DNA of 64,000 nt from Bacteroidales bacterium (GCA_045627385.1 JAZQNO010000025.1:81997-145996); one strand, 5' to 3'. Shown: positions 9,342-20,002, counted from the first letter of the stretch. Numbers and translations: made by a program. Notes: generated from the letters alone by a model not told the origin.

Positions 9342-9668
9342 ATGCCCGATTTCGGATTCAAAATATCGAAACCACGCAGCATCGAGGTCAGCGAACCTGA
9401 CATCCGCATGCGGCAGTTGGAGGAAATGGAGCCCAGTCTCCGCCGCTGCATGAACTGCGGTTCGTGTGCGGCCACCTGCTCGGCCGGACAGTTCGTCGAA
9501 TTCAACATCCGCCGCATCCAGAACCTCTACCGTTGGGGACAGTATGCCCAACTGGAGGAAGAACTTCAGAAATGCATGCTGTGCGGAAAGTGTACGCTTG
9601 TCTGCCCGAGAGGCGTCAACCTCAGACATCTCATCATCAGCATGCGTGCCGTTTTAGCAGACAAATGA
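9342..9668 (+). CDS. small HdrC-like 2x[4Fe-4S] ferredoxin
   Basis: 108 aa with CMNCGSCAATC and CMLCGKCTLVCP. Confidence 0.8.
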   Translation: MPDFGFKISKPRSIEVSEPDIRMRQLEEMEPSLRRCMNCGSCAATCSAGQFVEFNIRRIQNLYRWGQYAQLEEELQKCMLCGKCTLVCPRGVNLRHLIISMRAVLADK

Positions 9669-9669
9669 T

Positions 9670-11448
9670 ATGAACCCCACCTTATACCATCCTTTCGTCT
9701 GGCCTTTCTGCATCGGAGTGGTGCTTTTGCTCGCCATTCTGGTCATCAAGTACACCCGCTGGATCAAAAGTCTTGACCGCCGGCAGAAGATGTTGGTGAA
9801 CAAACACTTCTTGAAGGGACTGTTCTTCCCGGCCATCTACGAAATGTTCATGGAAGGCCTGCTCCACCGCAAGGTGACGCGATTCCGCCGTCCGCTGGGC
9901 TATATGCACCGCAGCATTGCGCTGGGTTGGTTCCTGCTCATCAGTGTGGGCCTGGTCGAGACGCTGGTCAATTTCTGGGGCGAGCCTCATCCTTTCTGGA
10001 TCGGCATTTTCTACCGCTACTTCGTCCATGCCGACCGCACGGCTCTTTCTCCGGTTTTCGCCCAGGTGATGGACCTGCTGCTGATATACGTGCTCAGCGG
10101 TGTGGGCATGGCAGTGATGAAATCCCTGCATGCCGGCATGGTGGGCATGCGCAAAACGACCAAACTCCGTTTCCGCGACCAGGTGCTCCGCTATTCGCTC
10201 TGGTCCATTTTCCCATTGAGACTCCTGTCGGAGAGTGCTACGGCATGTTTGTACCATAACGGCGGTTTTCTGACACAAACGCTTGGAAATCAGATGAGCG
10301 AGGCGGCTGCATCCTTCCTGGAACTGCCTTGCTGGACGCTCTATTCCTTGGCCTTGGGCATTTTCTTCGCTCTGATGCCTTTCTCGCGCTATATGCACAT
10401 CTTCACCGAGCTGGTGCTGATTTTCTTCCGCAAGTACGGCGTGACGGAGAGCGCGGTTCCGACAGGCTATACCAAAATGGAACTGTCGGCTTGCTCGCGT
10501 TGCGGCATCTGCATACAGAACTGTCCGATGGACAAGGTGCTGGGTATCGACAACATCCAGCCGGTCTACTATTTGGCCGGCATGCGCGAAGGCACGGTCA
10601 AGAGCCTGATCGCCGAAAACTGCCTGATGTGCAACCAGTGCGTGGTCGACTGTCCCGTAGGATTGGACATCCAGTCGCTCCGACGTCTTGGCCGCGACAA
10701 GCATCAGCTCGACACACAGGACAATTACCATTATACCGACAATATCCGTTCCTTCAATGCCATCGGCCGTGTCGCCTATTTCGGCGGCTGTATGTCGCAT
10801 CTGACGCCGGGCATCACCGAATCGATGAAGGCCATTTTCGAAGCGGCGGGACAGAAGTATTGGATGATGGACGAAGACAAGACCATCTGCTGCGGACGCC
10901 CGCTGATGCAGCAGGGATTTTTCAAGCAGGCGGCCGAACTTCGTCGCAAGAACACCAATCTCATCATCGATTCGCGTTCCAAGACGCTGGTGACTTCTTG
11001 CCCTATCTGCTATCAGTCTTTCAAAAAGGAATACAATCTGCCGGTGAAGGTGATGCACCACACCGAATACATCGCGTTGCTCATCAGTCTGGGCAAACTC
11101 AAACTCCAGACTTCCGACCTGAAGGTGGCCTACCACGATCCCTGCGAACTGGGCCGCGGCTGCGGCATCTACGAGGAGCCCCGACAGGTGCTTTCTTCGG
11201 TGGCTCAGATGGTCAGCGTGCGTAAGGAACGCAAGGACAGCATCTGCTGCGGTTACAATTTGGGCAACACGCGCCTGACGGTGGACCAGCAGATGCAGTT
11301 GCGCGACGCTTCCTGGAAAAATCTGACGGCCAACCATCCCGATGTGGTGGCCACCGCCTGTCCGATGTGCAAGAAGGCCTTTGTCCACGGCAATGACCAT
11401 CCGGTGAAGGATATCGCCGAAATTGTGGCCCAACAACTCATCAAGTGA
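9670..11448 (+). CDS. membrane-anchored Fe-S oxidoreductase (multi-TM N-terminal domain + 2x[4Fe-4S] + two CCG domains; HdrD/DsrK/GlpC-like)
   Basis: 592 aa. The N-terminal ~260 aa are hydrophobic with several predicted helices. Downstream are CSRCGICIQNCP, CLMCNQCVVDCP, CCGRP, SCPICY, CCGYN and ACPMC. Confidence 0.8.
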   Translation: MNPTLYHPFVWPFCIGVVLLLAILVIKYTRWIKSLDRRQKMLVNKHFLKGLFFPAIYEMFMEGLLHRKVTRFRRPLGYMHRSIALGWFLLISVGLVETLVNFWGEPHPFWIGIFYRYFVHADRTALSPVFAQVMDLLLIYVLSGVGMAVMKSLHAGMVGMRKTTKLRFRDQVLRYSLWSIFPLRLLSESATACLYHNGGFLTQTLGNQMSEAAASFLELPCWTLYSLALGIFFALMPFSRYMHIFTELVLIFFRKYGVTESAVPTGYTKMELSACSRCGICIQNCPMDKVLGIDNIQPVYYLAGMREGTVKSLIAENCLMCNQCVVDCPVGLDIQSLRRLGRDKHQLDTQDNYHYTDNIRSFNAIGRVAYFGGCMSHLTPGITESMKAIFEAAGQKYWMMDEDKTICCGRPLMQQGFFKQAAELRRKNTNLIIDSRSKTLVTSCPICYQSFKKEYNLPVKVMHHTEYIALLISLGKLKLQTSDLKVAYHDPCELGRGCGIYEEPRQVLSSVAQMVSVRKERKDSICCGYNLGNTRLTVDQQMQLRDASWKNLTANHPDVVATACPMCKKAFVHGNDHPVKDIAEIVAQQLIK

Positions 11449-11451
11449 GCT

Positions 11452-12249
11452 ATGAAACGGCTGGATGGAAAGAATGTCGTCATCACCGGCGCCTCGTCGG
11501 GCATCGGATTGGCATTGGCCAAAGCCTTTGCCGGGCGCGGGGCCAATGTCCTGCTGGCCGCCCGTCGCGAAGACAAGTTGCGGGAAGCCTGCGAAGCAAT
11601 TGCCCGGATGGGTGCCGGCGGTCTCGTGACATACGAAACGGTGGATCTGGCCTCGGAAGAATCTGTTCGGAATCTGTCCGAAAGGCTGCTGAAACGTTTC
11701 GAAGGTCAGCGTCTCGACTATTTGGTCTTGAATGCCGGCATGTCGCAGCGGGCCTTGGCTTTGGACACCTCTTACGAAGTGGACCGCGAACTGATGCAGG
11801 TCAATTTCCTGTCGCCCGTTCTGCTGACCAAGTGTCTCAAACCTTTGTTGCTGTCGGGCTGCCGGCTGGCTGTGACCAGTTCCATTTCCGGCTTGTTCGG
11901 CTTTCCTCTCCGTTCGTCTTATTGCGCTTCCAAATCGGCTCTTTTGGGCTTTTTCGAGGCGCTGGAACTCGAATATCCCCCCATCGGCGTCACCTTCCTC
12001 ATCCCCGGACGCATTCAGACCGACATCAGTCTCAGCGCCCGTCTGGCCGATGGAAAGGCCTACGGACAGATGGATCCCGGCCAGGCCAACGGCATGAAGG
12101 TGGACCGTTGCGCGAAAATTGCTCTGAGAGCCATCCTGAAAGGTCGTCACCGCCGTCTGATCGGTGGAAGCGAACTCTTGATGGTGTATATCCGAAAATA
12201 CATTCCTTGTCTGTTTTACCGTCTGGCACGGAAAGTGTCAGCCAAATGA
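11452..12249 (+). CDS. SDR-family oxidoreductase (candidate 3-keto-capnine/ketosphinganine-type reductase, by context only)
   Basis: 265 aa with TGASSGIG and the YCASK catalytic YxxxK. It starts 3 nt after the previous gene. Confidence 0.85.
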   Translation: MKRLDGKNVVITGASSGIGLALAKAFAGRGANVLLAARREDKLREACEAIARMGAGGLVTYETVDLASEESVRNLSERLLKRFEGQRLDYLVLNAGMSQRALALDTSYEVDRELMQVNFLSPVLLTKCLKPLLLSGCRLAVTSSISGLFGFPLRSSYCASKSALLGFFEALELEYPPIGVTFLIPGRIQTDISLSARLADGKAYGQMDPGQANGMKVDRCAKIALRAILKGRHRRLIGGSELLMVYIRKYIPCLFYRLARKVSAK

Positions 12250-12258
12250 CCAAATACG

Positions 12259-13320
12259 ATGAAAGAAAAGATTATCAGTGGAATACAACAGGTAGGCATC
12301 GGTGTGGCCGATGTGATGGAGGCCATGGCCTGGTACAACCGCATCTTCGGTTTCGACGTGAAAGTCTTCGATGACGAAGGCGTTGCCGAACGCATGTTGC
12401 CCTATACAGCAGGAAAACCTCAGCCACGTCGGGCCATGCTGATGTACAATCTGCGCGGAGGCGGCGGTTTTGAAATATGGCAGCCCAAAGAACGCGAACT
12501 CAACTGGCCGGCCCAGGAAATTTCAGTGGGCGATCTCGGCATTTATGCCTGCAAAATCAAGTCGCCTGACATCTGTGCTTCTTTCAGCCATCTGAAGGCT
12601 GCCGGAGTGTCCATTCTGAATGAACCAATCAGAAACATCGAAGGAAGAATGCATTTCTATATGCGCGATCCTTACGGCAATCTCTTCGATATCGAAGAAG
12701 ACGATTTCGTGGCCGTTCCCGAAAAGAAAGCCTTCGGAGGCGTGAACGGCGTGCTGGTCGGCGTGTCCGACATGGAGCGCTCCATTGCTTTCTATTCGTC
12801 TCTTCTGGCCTACGACAGGGTGGTGGCCGACCGCAGCGGCATCTTCGAAGACCTGAAGGAACTTCCCGGCGGTCTGGGCCGCATGCGCCGCGTCGTGCTG
12901 CGCCCTTCCAAGGCTCCAGAAGGTCCCTTCAGCCAGCTGATGGGGCCCTCCTGCATCGAACTGATTCAGAGTCTCGACACCCAAGCTTCAAAAATATTTG
13001 AAAATCGGCTTTGGGGTGACCCGGGATTTATCCATCTTTGCTTCGACATACGCAACATGGAGTGCATCCGTCAGGAAGCGGAGGCGCTGGGCCATCCTTT
13101 CGTCTGCGACGGTGGGGCGGATTTCGACATGGGCGATGCCAACGGCCATTTCACTTATGTGGAAGATCCCGACGGAATGCTCATCGAATTTGTGGAGACC
13201 TTCAAAGTGCCCATTCTGAAAAAGTGGGGCCTGTACATACGTCTGGCCAAGCGGGACGATCGCAAACCGCTTCCTTTCTGGCTCATTAAAGCACTCCGGT
13301 TCATGCGCGTAAAACTTTGA
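12259..13320 (+). CDS. VOC (glyoxalase/bleomycin-resistance/dioxygenase fold) family protein, two-module
   Basis: 353 aa with two similar modules beginning GIQQVGIGVADVMEAMAWYNRIFGF and GVNGVLVGVSDMERSIAFYSSLLAY. Confidence 0.65.
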   Translation: MKEKIISGIQQVGIGVADVMEAMAWYNRIFGFDVKVFDDEGVAERMLPYTAGKPQPRRAMLMYNLRGGGGFEIWQPKERELNWPAQEISVGDLGIYACKIKSPDICASFSHLKAAGVSILNEPIRNIEGRMHFYMRDPYGNLFDIEEDDFVAVPEKKAFGGVNGVLVGVSDMERSIAFYSSLLAYDRVVADRSGIFEDLKELPGGLGRMRRVVLRPSKAPEGPFSQLMGPSCIELIQSLDTQASKIFENRLWGDPGFIHLCFDIRNMECIRQEAEALGHPFVCDGGADFDMGDANGHFTYVEDPDGMLIEFVETFKVPILKKWGLYIRLAKRDDRKPLPFWLIKALRFMRVKL

Positions 13321-14195
13321 TGATGAGGCTATTCAAAAAGATTTGTCTTGGGGTGCCACTGCTCTGGTGCCTGATGTCCTGCCAGTGTGAGAAGGCGTCC
13401 TTTGTTCCGACCGACAGCTATGCCCAAGTGCTCGAATATGCACGGAACGACGGCCGTTCCGTCCTCTTGCTGTTGTATGACCGCCATACGTCCAAACTCT
13501 CTCAGATAGAAAACTTCGTTTGGGGAGACGAACTCTTGGCCGCTGAGATTCAGGCAGACTTTCTTTGCGTTTCCGGACAGATCCACAGTGAAGCCTGGCG
13601 TCCCTTCTGCCAGGAAAAAGGCATATACAAAGGTCAGGTGCTGCTGTTTCTAAGTCCTGACGGTCAGATTGTCAACGACTTGAAACTGGAAAACGAAGCG
13701 GGTCCGGATGAGTCCGGACTGTCGGCCAGCCGCAAGCGGCTGGCCCGCCAGTGCCGTTTGGCCCAGGCCTTTGCAGAACCCGATGATTCCCTCTTTTTCT
13801 CCTCCGACAATTGGAAAGACATCAACGCCTCTATGCTGCGCATTGACGGGCTGCTTTTCCATCGCATCGTCCAGGCCAAGGAAATGCTGAAAGCCCGTTA
13901 TCCCGAAACCTATCCCATCGTGTTCGACTATGCCATGGCCTGTGCGGCCGTCTCTTTGGTCAGCCACGAAGAAGGACAGTTGCCCTATCTGGATCCGGCT
14001 CTCGACAAAGCCTATTATTATGTGGTCGACAGTATGGACATTGATTTTCAAGGCCGCTACCGCCTGTATGGAGACGTCAACAAAGCTTTCGGCCTGGGGC
14101 AATACGAAAAGGCCCGCCGTGTCGCACAGCAGGCCTTTGACAAGGGAGATATTCAAGAAAACGAGTTCCGCCAGCTGATGGCGAAACTGGAATAG
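13320..14195 (+). CDS. lipoprotein with thioredoxin-like N-terminal region (no CxxC), function unknown
   Basis: It has a signal peptide with lipobox LMSC. The ATG overlaps the VOC stop (TGATG). The track start at 13317 is a TTG. Confidence 0.7.
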   Translation: MMRLFKKICLGVPLLWCLMSCQCEKASFVPTDSYAQVLEYARNDGRSVLLLLYDRHTSKLSQIENFVWGDELLAAEIQADFLCVSGQIHSEAWRPFCQEKGIYKGQVLLFLSPDGQIVNDLKLENEAGPDESGLSASRKRLARQCRLAQAFAEPDDSLFFSSDNWKDINASMLRIDGLLFHRIVQAKEMLKARYPETYPIVFDYAMACAAVSLVSHEEGQLPYLDPALDKAYYYVVDSMDIDFQGRYRLYGDVNKAFGLGQYEKARRVAQQAFDKGDIQENEFRQLMAKLE

Positions 14196-15038
14196 TCACT
14201 TTTTCTTGCTCAGGGGCGAATCCGGCTCCTTCAGCATCATTTTGTACTCTGTACGTCGGGTCAGTCCGGGCATAGCCACCCGGAAGAAATTGACCGTAAT
14301 CTTCCCCAACGGTGTCAGCACCATCTGATTGCGCTTCTGACGCAGTCCGCGCAACATCAGTTGCGCGCACCTTTCGGCGCTCATCATCTTGTCTTCTTCG
14401 CGGGGCGTCTTGCCTTGGGGCGAGCCGTCGGCCGTGAGAGCGGCCAAACGGACATTGGAGGCTGTGAAGTTGGGCGCGAATGTCATGACGTGCAGCCCGT
14501 CATAGAGATGTTCGGCACGCAGCGTTTCCAGAAAACCGTTCAGCGCGAATTTCGATGAAGAATAGCCGGTGCGGCAGGGCAGACCTACAAAACCGGCAAC
14601 GGATGTCACGCCCACAATGGAGCCCTTGCTTTTCAGCAGTTCCGGCAGCGCATACTTGCAGCAGTAGACGCAACCCCAGAAATTCACGTCCATCAGCCGA
14701 TGCAGCACTGAGAGATCCACATCGTCGAAAGCGGCCCGCATCGAAACACCGGCATTGCAGATGAGAATGTCGATTTTTCCGAAACGCGACACGCAGGCTT
14801 CCATCAGCTTTTGGCAGTCCTCTTCGACGGAAACGTCGGTGGGGACGGCCAGCACTTCCGTGCAGCCTTCCTCCGCCAATTCCTGTTTCAGGGCTTCCAA
14901 TTTGTCTGCAGAACGCGCGGCAACCACCAGTTTGGCTCCACATGATGCGAACACTTTGGCCGTTGCCCGACCGATGCCCGAAGAGGCACCGGTGACAATG
15001 ACCACTTTGTCTTTAGGAGAATCAGAGACCTTTGCCAT
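14196..15038 (-). CDS. SDR-family oxidoreductase
   Basis: [11 protein letters not shown] and YSSSK are present. I prefer the ATG at 15036-15038 ([20 protein letters not shown]) over the track start at 15107. Its stop abuts the stop of the convergent lipoprotein gene with no spacer. Confidence 0.85.
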   Translation of the reverse strand: MAKVSDSPKDKVVIVTGASSGIGRATAKVFASCGAKLVVAARSADKLEALKQELAEEGCTEVLAVPTDVSVEEDCQKLMEACVSRFGKIDILICNAGVSMRAAFDDVDLSVLHRLMDVNFWGCVYCCKYALPELLKSKGSIVGVTSVAGFVGLPCRTGYSSSKFALNGFLETLRAEHLYDGLHVMTFAPNFTASNVRLAALTADGSPQGKTPREEDKMMSAERCAQLMLRGLRQKRNQMVLTPLGKITVNFFRVAMPGLTRRTEYKMMLKEPDSPLSKKK

Positions 15039-18000
15039 GACAGTTTTTGAATTTTTTACCGCTGCCGCAAGGACAAGGATCGTTGCGGCCCACTTTCTGC
15101 TCCACACGGACAGGCTCGAGTTTCTGTGGCTCGCGTTGTGCCTGAGGCGCTCCCGGCTGCTGACGTCCGAATTCGTCTTTTCGGGTCCGCAGCTGGCTGT
15201 AGTCGTTCCGGCGCTGTTCGGCGGCCTGTCTCACATGGTCGGGCTCCTGCGTGTTGATCTGTCCGTGCATCAGCACAGAAATGCTCTTGCGGTTCATGGA
15301 GTCGACCATATTCTTGAACAGATTGTATGATTCCAGTTTGTAAATGAGCAAGGGATCCTTCTGTTCGTAGCTGGCGTTCTGGACCGAGGTGCGCAAATCG
15401 TCCAATTCGCGCAGGTTCTCTTTCCAAGCCTCGTCCAGCATATGCAGCAGGATGGCTTTTTCGAAACTCTTGACCACGTCTTTCGAATGGCTTTCGGCGG
15501 CATCCTTCAGGTTGCAGGGAATCTGGTAGATGCGCTTTCCGTCCGAAATGGGCACGACGATGTTCTGGTAGCGGGCGCCTTCGCGTTCGTAGACCTGCTG
15601 GATGACCGGATCGGCGATGGCCGACATCTTTTCGGTCTTGCGCTTGTAGTTTTCCAGAGCCTGAGAAGTCAGGATTTCGGCGTTGTCGTCGGTGCGGTTC
15701 TTGAAGAATTCCTCGTCGCTGAAAGGCACTTCCATGGCGAAATACTTCATCATGTTGAACTTCAGACCTTCAAAATCCTTGGTGTCCTCGGCTTCTTCCA
15801 CCAGGCCGTGGATGGTGTCGTAGGTGGTGTTGGCGATTTCCATGCCGATGCGTTCGCCCATCACGGCGTGACGGCGCTTGGTGTAGATGACTTCGCGCTG
15901 GTTGTTCATCACGTCGTCGTATTCCAACAGACGTTTGCGGATGCCGAAGTTGTTTTCTTCGACCTTCTTCTGGGCGCGCTCGATGGCCTTGGAAATCATG
16001 GAGTTCTCAATCATCTCACCTTCTTCCAGTCCCATGCGGTCCATGATGGATGTGATGCGTTCGCTGCCGAACAGACGCATCAGGTTGTCCTGTAGGGAAA
16101 CATAGAACACCGACGAACCCGGGTCGCCCTGACGTCCGCTTCGTCCGCGCAGCTGGCGGTCGACACGGCGGCTTTCGTGGCGTTCGGTACCGATGATGGC
16201 CAGACCGCCCAGTTCCTTCACTTCGGGCGTGAGTTTGATGTCGGTACCGCGGCCTGCCATGTTGGTGGCAATGGTTACGGTGCCCTTCTCGCCGGCGTGC
16301 GCGACGATTTCGGCTTCGCGCTGGTGCAACTTGGCGTTCAGCACGTTGTGCTTGATCTTGCGCTGGGTGAGCATGCGGCTCAACAGTTCGGATATCTCCA
16401 CCGAAGTGGTGCCGACCAGTACCGGACGCCCTTCGGCGTTGAGGCGTTCGATTTCCTCGATGATGGCTTTGTATTTCTCACGCTGTGTCTTGTAGAGACG
16501 GTCGTCCATGTCGACACGGGCGATGGGGCGGTTGGTGGGAATGACGACGACGTCGAGCTTGTAGATGTCCCAAAACTCGCCGGCTTCCGTTTCGGCCGTA
16601 CCGGTCATGCCCGACAGCTTGTGATACATGCGGAAGTAGTTCTGCAGCGTGATGGTGGCGAAGGTCTGGGTGGCCGCTTCCACTTTGACACGTTCCTTGG
16701 CTTCGATGGCCTGGTGCAGTCCGTCGCTGTAGCGGCGGCCTTCCATAATGCGGCCCGTCTGCTCGTCCACAATCTTCACCTGGTTGTCGATGACCACGTA
16801 TTCGTCGTCGCGGTCAAACAGACAGTAGGCTTTCAGCAGCTGGGTCACGGTGTGGATGCGGTCGCTCTTGATGGAGAAATTGTTGAGCAGCTCGTCCTTC
16901 TTGTTGAGCCTTTCCTCTTCGCTCAGCGGCTCGTTGTCGAGTTCGGCCAGCTGGGCCGCGATATCGGGAATGACGAAGAATTCGGGGTCTTCCGTATCGC
17001 CGGTGATGAAATCCACACCCTTGTCGGTGAGCTCGATGGTGCGGTTCTTCTCGTCGATGACGAAATACAGCGGATCGGTGACCACATGCATCTCCTGGTT
17101 GTTGTTCTGCATATAGAACTCTTCGGTCTTCTGCATGCTGGCCTTGATGCCCTGTTCGCTCAGGAATTTGATGAGCGCCTTGTTTTTGGGCATGGCCTTG
17201 TGGCTGCGGTAAAGCAGCAGGGAACCTTCCTGCTGTTCCTTGGGGTCCTCACTGGACATCTTCTTCTTGGCTTCCACCAGCAGTTTGGTGGCCATTTCGC
17301 GTTGCACGTTCACGACGCGTTCCACTTTGGGACGGTATTCTTCGAACAGCTGGTCTTCGCCTTTCGGCACGGGACCTGAAATAATCAGAGGCGTACGGGC
17401 GTCGTCGATGAGCACCGAGTCGACCTCGTCCACGATGGCGTAGTTGTGGCGGCGCTGCACCAGGTCGAGCGGGCTGCCGGCCATATTGTCACGCAGATAG
17501 TCGAAACCGAATTCGTTGTTGGTGCCGAAGGTGATGTCGGCCATATAGGCCTGACGGCGTTCTTCGCTGTTGGGGCGGTATTTGTCGATGCAGTCGACGC
17601 TCAGTCCGTGGAACATATAGAGCGGTCCCATCCACTCGGAGTCACGTTTCGACAGGTAATCGTTGACGGTCACCACATGGACGCCGTTGCCGGTGAGGGC
17701 GTTCAGGAAAACGGGCAGGGTAGCCACCAGCGTCTTTCCTTCACCGGTGGCCATTTCGGCGATTTTGCCCTGATGCAGGACGACGCCGCCGAAAAGCTGC
17801 ACATCGTAGTGGACCATATCCCATTTGATTTCGTTGCCGCCGGCAATCCAATGGTTCTGCCAGATGGCCTTGTCGCCTTCGATGCGCACGAAATCGTGTC
17901 GGGCGGCCAGGTCACGGTCAAACTGGGTGGCCGTCACTTCGACAAATTCGTTCTCGGCGAAACGGCGGGCTGTGTCTTTGACAATGGAGAAAACCTCCGG

Positions 18001-18321
18001 AAGTACGGCGTCAAGCTCTTTTTCGAGCCTTTCCAAAATCTGTTTGTCAATCTTGTCGATTTCGGAATAGACTTTTTCGCGCTTGTCCAGGTCCAGTTCT
18101 TCGATGCCCTGACGGAGCTGTTCCATTTTGGCGCGCTCCTCTTTGACCGAGTCGAGCACCTGCTGGTGGAGTTTGGACGAGAGGGCGCGAAGGCCGTCGT
18201 TGTCGAGGGCTGCGACAGCCGGATAGGCCGCCTTGATACGCTCGACGTAAGGATTGATTTCCTTCAGGTCGCGCTGAGACTTGTTGCCGAATATTTTGGT
18301 TAGAAATTCGTTGAAACCCAT
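15022..18321 (-). CDS. secA: preprotein translocase ATPase SecA
   Basis: 1099 aa with [29 protein letters not shown] and the C-terminal zinc motif [14 protein letters not shown]. Confidence 0.97.
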   Translation of the reverse strand: MGFNEFLTKIFGNKSQRDLKEINPYVERIKAAYPAVAALDNDGLRALSSKLHQQVLDSVKEERAKMEQLRQGIEELDLDKREKVYSEIDKIDKQILERLEKELDAVLPEVFSIVKDTARRFAENEFVEVTATQFDRDLAARHDFVRIEGDKAIWQNHWIAGGNEIKWDMVHYDVQLFGGVVLHQGKIAEMATGEGKTLVATLPVFLNALTGNGVHVVTVNDYLSKRDSEWMGPLYMFHGLSVDCIDKYRPNSEERRQAYMADITFGTNNEFGFDYLRDNMAGSPLDLVQRRHNYAIVDEVDSVLIDDARTPLIISGPVPKGEDQLFEEYRPKVERVVNVQREMATKLLVEAKKKMSSEDPKEQQEGSLLLYRSHKAMPKNKALIKFLSEQGIKASMQKTEEFYMQNNNQEMHVVTDPLYFVIDEKNRTIELTDKGVDFITGDTEDPEFFVIPDIAAQLAELDNEPLSEEERLNKKDELLNNFSIKSDRIHTVTQLLKAYCLFDRDDEYVVIDNQVKIVDEQTGRIMEGRRYSDGLHQAIEAKERVKVEAATQTFATITLQNYFRMYHKLSGMTGTAETEAGEFWDIYKLDVVVIPTNRPIARVDMDDRLYKTQREKYKAIIEEIERLNAEGRPVLVGTTSVEISELLSRMLTQRKIKHNVLNAKLHQREAEIVAHAGEKGTVTIATNMAGRGTDIKLTPEVKELGGLAIIGTERHESRRVDRQLRGRSGRQGDPGSSVFYVSLQDNLMRLFGSERITSIMDRMGLEEGEMIENSMISKAIERAQKKVEENNFGIRKRLLEYDDVMNNQREVIYTKRRHAVMGERIGMEIANTTYDTIHGLVEEAEDTKDFEGLKFNMMKYFAMEVPFSDEEFFKNRTDDNAEILTSQALENYKRKTEKMSAIADPVIQQVYEREGARYQNIVVPISDGKRIYQIPCNLKDAAESHSKDVVKSFEKAILLHMLDEAWKENLRELDDLRTSVQNASYEQKDPLLIYKLESYNLFKNMVDSMNRKSISVLMHGQINTQEPDHVRQAAEQRRNDYSQLRTRKDEFGRQQPGAPQAQREPQKLEPVRVEQKVGRNDPCPCGSGKKFKNCHGKGL

Positions 18322-18367
18322 ATCTTCTGATGTTTGTTTGCGAATGGTTGTTATTTGATTCTATTGT

Positions 18368-19951
18368 TTAAAAGGCGTTTCCCATCTGTGGCAGAATGCT
18401 GCCCCGGCAAGCCGTCGGAGGCCGGATGTAGAGCAGACGGCAGAGCGATGGGGCCACATCGAAGACGGATATCTGCGAGTGGACATGCTCGGCCTTGATG
18501 CCGCTGCCGTAGAAGGCCAGGAAAGTGTAGGGCTGGGCATAGCGCCGCTGATGGTTCAGCGACGGCATTTTTTCCCAGAGAATGTTGCGTCCGGTTTCAA
18601 TCCGGATGATCAGGTCGCCGCTGCGGCCTTTGCAGAAACCGTTGCTGCAGACGGGGTCGTTGAGGCTTCCGTTGATGATGAAATCCTCTCCGATGAACAC
18701 CTGGCCGATGCCTTCCATCTGACTGAGCAGCTGGGCCGATTTGCGATAGAACTCGTCGGGGTCGATGTCCCGTTCTTCCATGAGGTCGGTGTTGAGATAA
18801 ACGCCGTCTTCAGTGGTCCCCAGCACCCAATGCCCATTGCCGTAGAGGGCGCTCAGATACAGGTTGAGCAGGGCGGTGCAACGTTCGGGATAGAAGTCGC
18901 CCGCGCTGATCCGGCTGTCGGCGGGGTAGCGGGTCTCGCCGGTTCCGACCAGATAGACCAAGGTCTTGTCCAATCCCACGCGGCGGTCAATCTCTTCCAG
19001 CAGACGGCCGATTTCCCGGTCCAGACGGAAATACATGTCCTGCATTTCCAGCGCGTCGCGGGCGTCCACGCCGCTGGCCATGCATCCCGCATTGAAATGG
19101 ATGTTCAGCAGGTCGGGATACCGGTCTTGCCCCAAACGTTCGCTGCCCAGCATCTGCACGGCCAGGTCGCAGAGATGTTCGTTGGCCATGGGCGTCTGCT
19201 TGAAGGCGCCGACCTTTTCGTTGGAAAGGTTGGCAAGCGTATATCGGAAAGCCAGCGAGGTTTTCTGATGGGGCATATAGGTGTAATGGCCGATCGGAAA
19301 CTCGGGCTTCCAGACCATTTTGTCCAAATCCTGGACGAAGAGGCTGTGGTCGTTGATGTTCTCAATCCAGCGCGGCATGTAGTCGTAGCAGGTGCTGCTG
19401 CACCAGTAGCCGCTGCGGTCGTCCATCCAGATGACGCCGTCGGGGTGGTGGCCGCCGCTGATGACGGGCCCTTCAGGATTGAGGCCGATGGAGAACACTT
19501 TAGAATAAGGGCTGGCGCTCTTCAACTCGTCGGCGATGACAGAAACCCTGATGCCGGCAGGCGAACAGGTGGCGTCGGTGTAATTGCCCGAAAAGCGGGC
19601 GTCGAATACGATGGAGAACTGGCGTTCCTGGCGCCGGTCGAAACAGCGGTCGGCAATGACGCCGTGGGCTGAGGGAGCGCTGGCGCTGACCAGGCTGGCC
19701 GTGACGGGAGCGGTTTCCAGGTTGGGAAAGGGACACAGCACCTGATCGTAGACCAAGCCTTTCTTGAGCAGTTCGCGGAAGCCTTTGTCGCCGAAGCCGT
19801 CCATGAACCAATGCAGATAGGTCTCCTGCAACTGGTCGATGTGGATGCCCACTACCAGTTGGGGACCGTCTTGGCCATTGCCTTTCTGGGCTTCCGTCTC
19901 GTGAAACGGAATACCTAAGGCCAACAGTAACAACAAGAGTTTGCGGTTCAT
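18368..19951 (-). CDS. secreted alkaline-phosphatase-superfamily (phosphodiesterase/nucleotide pyrophosphatase-like) protein
   Basis: 527 aa with a signal peptide and an FPN...SAPSAHGVIAD block resembling the AlkP/NPP core. The specific function is not assignable. Confidence 0.55.
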   Translation of the reverse strand: MNRKLLLLLLALGIPFHETEAQKGNGQDGPQLVVGIHIDQLQETYLHWFMDGFGDKGFRELLKKGLVYDQVLCPFPNLETAPVTASLVSASAPSAHGVIADRCFDRRQERQFSIVFDARFSGNYTDATCSPAGIRVSVIADELKSASPYSKVFSIGLNPEGPVISGGHHPDGVIWMDDRSGYWCSSTCYDYMPRWIENINDHSLFVQDLDKMVWKPEFPIGHYTYMPHQKTSLAFRYTLANLSNEKVGAFKQTPMANEHLCDLAVQMLGSERLGQDRYPDLLNIHFNAGCMASGVDARDALEMQDMYFRLDREIGRLLEEIDRRVGLDKTLVYLVGTGETRYPADSRISAGDFYPERCTALLNLYLSALYGNGHWVLGTTEDGVYLNTDLMEERDIDPDEFYRKSAQLLSQMEGIGQVFIGEDFIINGSLNDPVCSNGFCKGRSGDLIIRIETGRNILWEKMPSLNHQRRYAQPYTFLAFYGSGIKAEHVHSQISVFDVAPSLCRLLYIRPPTACRGSILPQMGNAF

Positions 19952-20002
19952 GAATTCTCTGCTTCTTGCAACTTACAAAGTAAGTTACAAAAATAGCATT
20001 TT

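Noticed and set aside
9682-12150. An 822-aa ORF on the minus strand, plus similar long antisense ORFs: 5177..7153 (658 aa), 27532..29340 (602 aa), 52223..53893 (556 aa), 32100..33764 (554 aa), 23868..25394 (508 aa) and 59729..61174 (481 aa).
   Set aside because: They lie antisense to genes with clear family signatures. Their translations are low-complexity and rich in R/G/A/H/D, with no recognisable motifs. These are typical shadow ORFs of GC-rich coding DNA.
15022-15038. The 17-nt overlap between the secA stop and the SDR start, considered as a possible programmed frameshift or fusion.
   Set aside because: Both genes are complete in their own frames with normal termini. A short same-strand overlap is ordinary translational coupling in this compact genome.
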